Assembly: GCF_001194135.2 (NCBI RefSeq)
Contig: NC_068990.1
Location: 30,368,227 to 30,432,226, forward strand
Source: Octopus bimaculoides
Lineage: Eukaryota
Direction of reading: 5' to 3'
Length of the DNA: 64,000 nt
Shown here piece by piece: positions 61,825 to 64,000 of the stretch. Position numbers and translations under genes: made by a program. The notes under the pieces are model-generated. The model did not search any database and was not told where the DNA came from. It was given only the letters and a program-made list of their open reading frames with translations. Numbering within the stretch: the first letter of the stretch is position 1; every line of letters begins with the position of its first letter.

Positions 61825-62090
61825 AGACTGTGGCCATGCTGGGGCACCGCCTTGAAGAATTTTAGTTAAACAAATCGACCCCAGGACTTATTTTTTGTGA
61901 AACTTGGTACTTATTCTGTTGGTCTTTTTTGGTGAACTACTAAGTCACAAGGATGTAAGCACAACACCTGTTGCCAAGCAGTGGTGTGACGATGGGCTTC
62001 TTTCAATTTCTCTTTGCCAAATTCAATTGTAAAGCTTTGGTTGTCCCAAGGTGCCATACTGTGGGATTGAATCTGGAACCATGTGATTGG
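61825..62090 (-). mobile_element. Internally deleted SINE family B copy
   Basis: gactgtggccatgctggggcaccgcc...ggaaccatgtgattggga. Confidence 0.8.
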
Positions 62091-62329
62091 GATATTATCA
62101 ACAATTTGCACTGGGAAAACCTTGGAGTACAAATGATGTTATTGGTTGAGAAATCAATAAATAACAAGGCATTGATTGTAATTTTTCTGAGTTCCTTAAG
62201 ACAATCTGATCTCTCCACAATGAATTTCTTGGTTTTGTATTGTCTTCTTTGATTGTATTGTTTACTTTTTATGAATTTGCAAATGTCTATAGAATATCTT
62301 CAAGGAGGCAAAGCAATCGGTTCTGCATT

Positions 62330-62490
62330 TGGGGTTAAATAAATGGTGTAACATGGTGGATAGGGTGGAATCTTGAGGCAAGCCTAATTTGACATGCACC
62401 GAAGAATATTGAGACCATGAAATTCTGTCCAAGGATAACATCCGGCCTGAGACTGTAGGAACAGGCAGTGGCAGATGTTGGTACATTTTC
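62330..62490 (-). mobile_element. Possible decayed non-LTR reverse-transcriptase fragment
   Basis: VSGRMLSLDRISWSQYSSVHVKLGLPQDSTLSTML resembles the RT motif FLSxR...SGVPQGSxLSPxLF. Confidence 0.3.
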
Positions 62491-64000
62491 AGCCTATTAG
62501 ATGCCAGCTTCTCATATTCCGAACTCTGCTTCTGACTGGTTTAATGAGTAAAACATTCTGCTAAAACTGTCAGTGCCTCCACTGTTGACTAAAGATTTCA
62601 TTGATTGATTGTTAATCACAATGAGTGTTGAAAACACAATGGGTGTTCCAATGAGACTGAAAATGTAAAAGTTAAAGAAAATAATGTATTGGAGATTGTA
62701 TCAGGACCTAGTTTATAACGAGACCCCGTTTGGTTTATAATATGATTTACACACCTGAGGAAAATGTTTTCTTTTTGAAAATTCTTGCAAGATATGACAT
62801 TTCTTGCTAGACTCGCCCCCTCCTCAACTACAAAAACAATAACAGATCTGTGTACTAATGTATTTATTCAATGATTGATGCTACAGTTGTATGTTGAGTT
62901 GAAATGCAAGAGAGAGAGAGCATTTGCTCATAGTGTGATCCGTCAATTATTAAAGAGAGAGAGAGTGTGTGTAATCTCCCCTTTCCCATATACATGTAGA
63001 ACCTTTGTCTTTTGTTTTTGCAGTGTATTTTGGTCCCTAATATATATTTTTACAGTAGCTTAGTTCTTGCAGGATTTGGTTTGTTCATTCAATATCTCAG
63101 TGGTTTTCTCCATATCTACCAAATAACCTATTCTCTCAACATCTAACAAATACTCTAAATATAACAAAATGGTTTTATAAAAATTTGTGTTTTGCATTTT
63201 CATTTCATGGTTACATGATGCTTCTAAATAAATGTCTTAATTTGATGAGAATTTCTTCTCAGACCTACAATAGTTGACAAGAGTTAATTTCTCTGCTGAA
63301 AAGAACTTTGTTTGATCTGACCAATTTACAATAATCATTTAATACTTTCAGGTGTAGTTCAGTTATACAGGTGGCACAAATTGTAATTTTGCATTGTTTT
63401 TCTCTTCCTTAATATTCTTAACTGTATGTAATACTTGTAGGGATGAAGTTAAACTGAAAAGGGCAGGCTAGGAGGTGGGGTTAATTCAGTTCATACATAG
63501 CTTGAAGAGTTTGTTTGTGTTTTTAGCAGGAAACAAGGAATTGAAGCTAAGTAGTGAAGCAATCATCAGACTGAAAAATTGTTGTTGCACTGTTACCATT
63601 AGTTAAACTAATCTATCAATTTGGTCGTTTCGGTTGTTCACATAATTTTCATAATCTCAACCAAAGTATATCCGCTGTTTACAGCAGTTACAGTTCATTA
63701 TATGTCTCATTACTTGATTATACACTTCATTCTCAGTACCAACTTCAATATTTACACATGTAAATTAATATATATATATATAAACACACACACACACACA
63801 TCTGGTTGGCATGTGAAGCAGCATTTGTGAAATAAACTTTTCAATCGATTTAAATATCTTTTGAGACCTGTTTGATCTGTAAAAAGACCGAAAACGAGAG
63901 TTTTTCTCTTTGATGCATCCTGGTGAAAATGGGCTTTTTTTTTTTTTTTTTTACAGGTTAATTATGTCCAGAATGTATTTAAATTGATTGAAAAGTTTAT

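Noticed and set aside
63935-64000. Strong poly-T acceptor (ttacag, 63951-63956) with an open frame VNYVQNVFKLIEKF
   Set aside because: No similarity to the expected next FMNL segment (..STQVLR(D/E)LEISLRTN), and no donor is visible before the window ends.

Overview
AT-rich, microsatellite-dense, gapped (9 N-runs) eukaryotic genomic DNA. The repeat families suggest a coleoid cephalopod, most likely Octopus; this is inferred from repeat content, not from a search. The window is almost entirely intronic sequence of a + strand formin-like gene (FMNL/Frl). Only two coding exons are recognisable: 32102-32185 ([28 protein letters not shown]) and 51453-51554 ([34 protein letters not shown]), separated by a 19,267-nt intron. 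The canonical first coding exon and the next downstream exon were not found. The introns contain at least three abundant SINE-like families, a near full-length decayed Tc1 (DD34E) transposon, decayed LINE fragments (R4/Dong-like, RTE, CR1/L2-group), and piggyBac-like and hAT-like MITEs. The most unusual structure is a 535-bp fold-back insertion (53231-53765) flanked by a 12-bp direct repeat. It consists of two inverted copies of a tRNA-headed short element whose tail carries a Penelope-type minimal hammerhead ribozyme motif, which suggests a SINE mobilised by Penelope-like machinery. Other notable items are a second hammerhead relic (8368-8428), same-orientation SINE arrays embedded in (AAT)n, a micro-inversion inside a Tc1 TIR, inverted SINE hairpins that could be ADAR substrates, and candidate alternative FMNL exons and donors. 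Repeat boundaries were placed by eye and are approximate. None of the supplied ORF-track entries is a credible intact gene.
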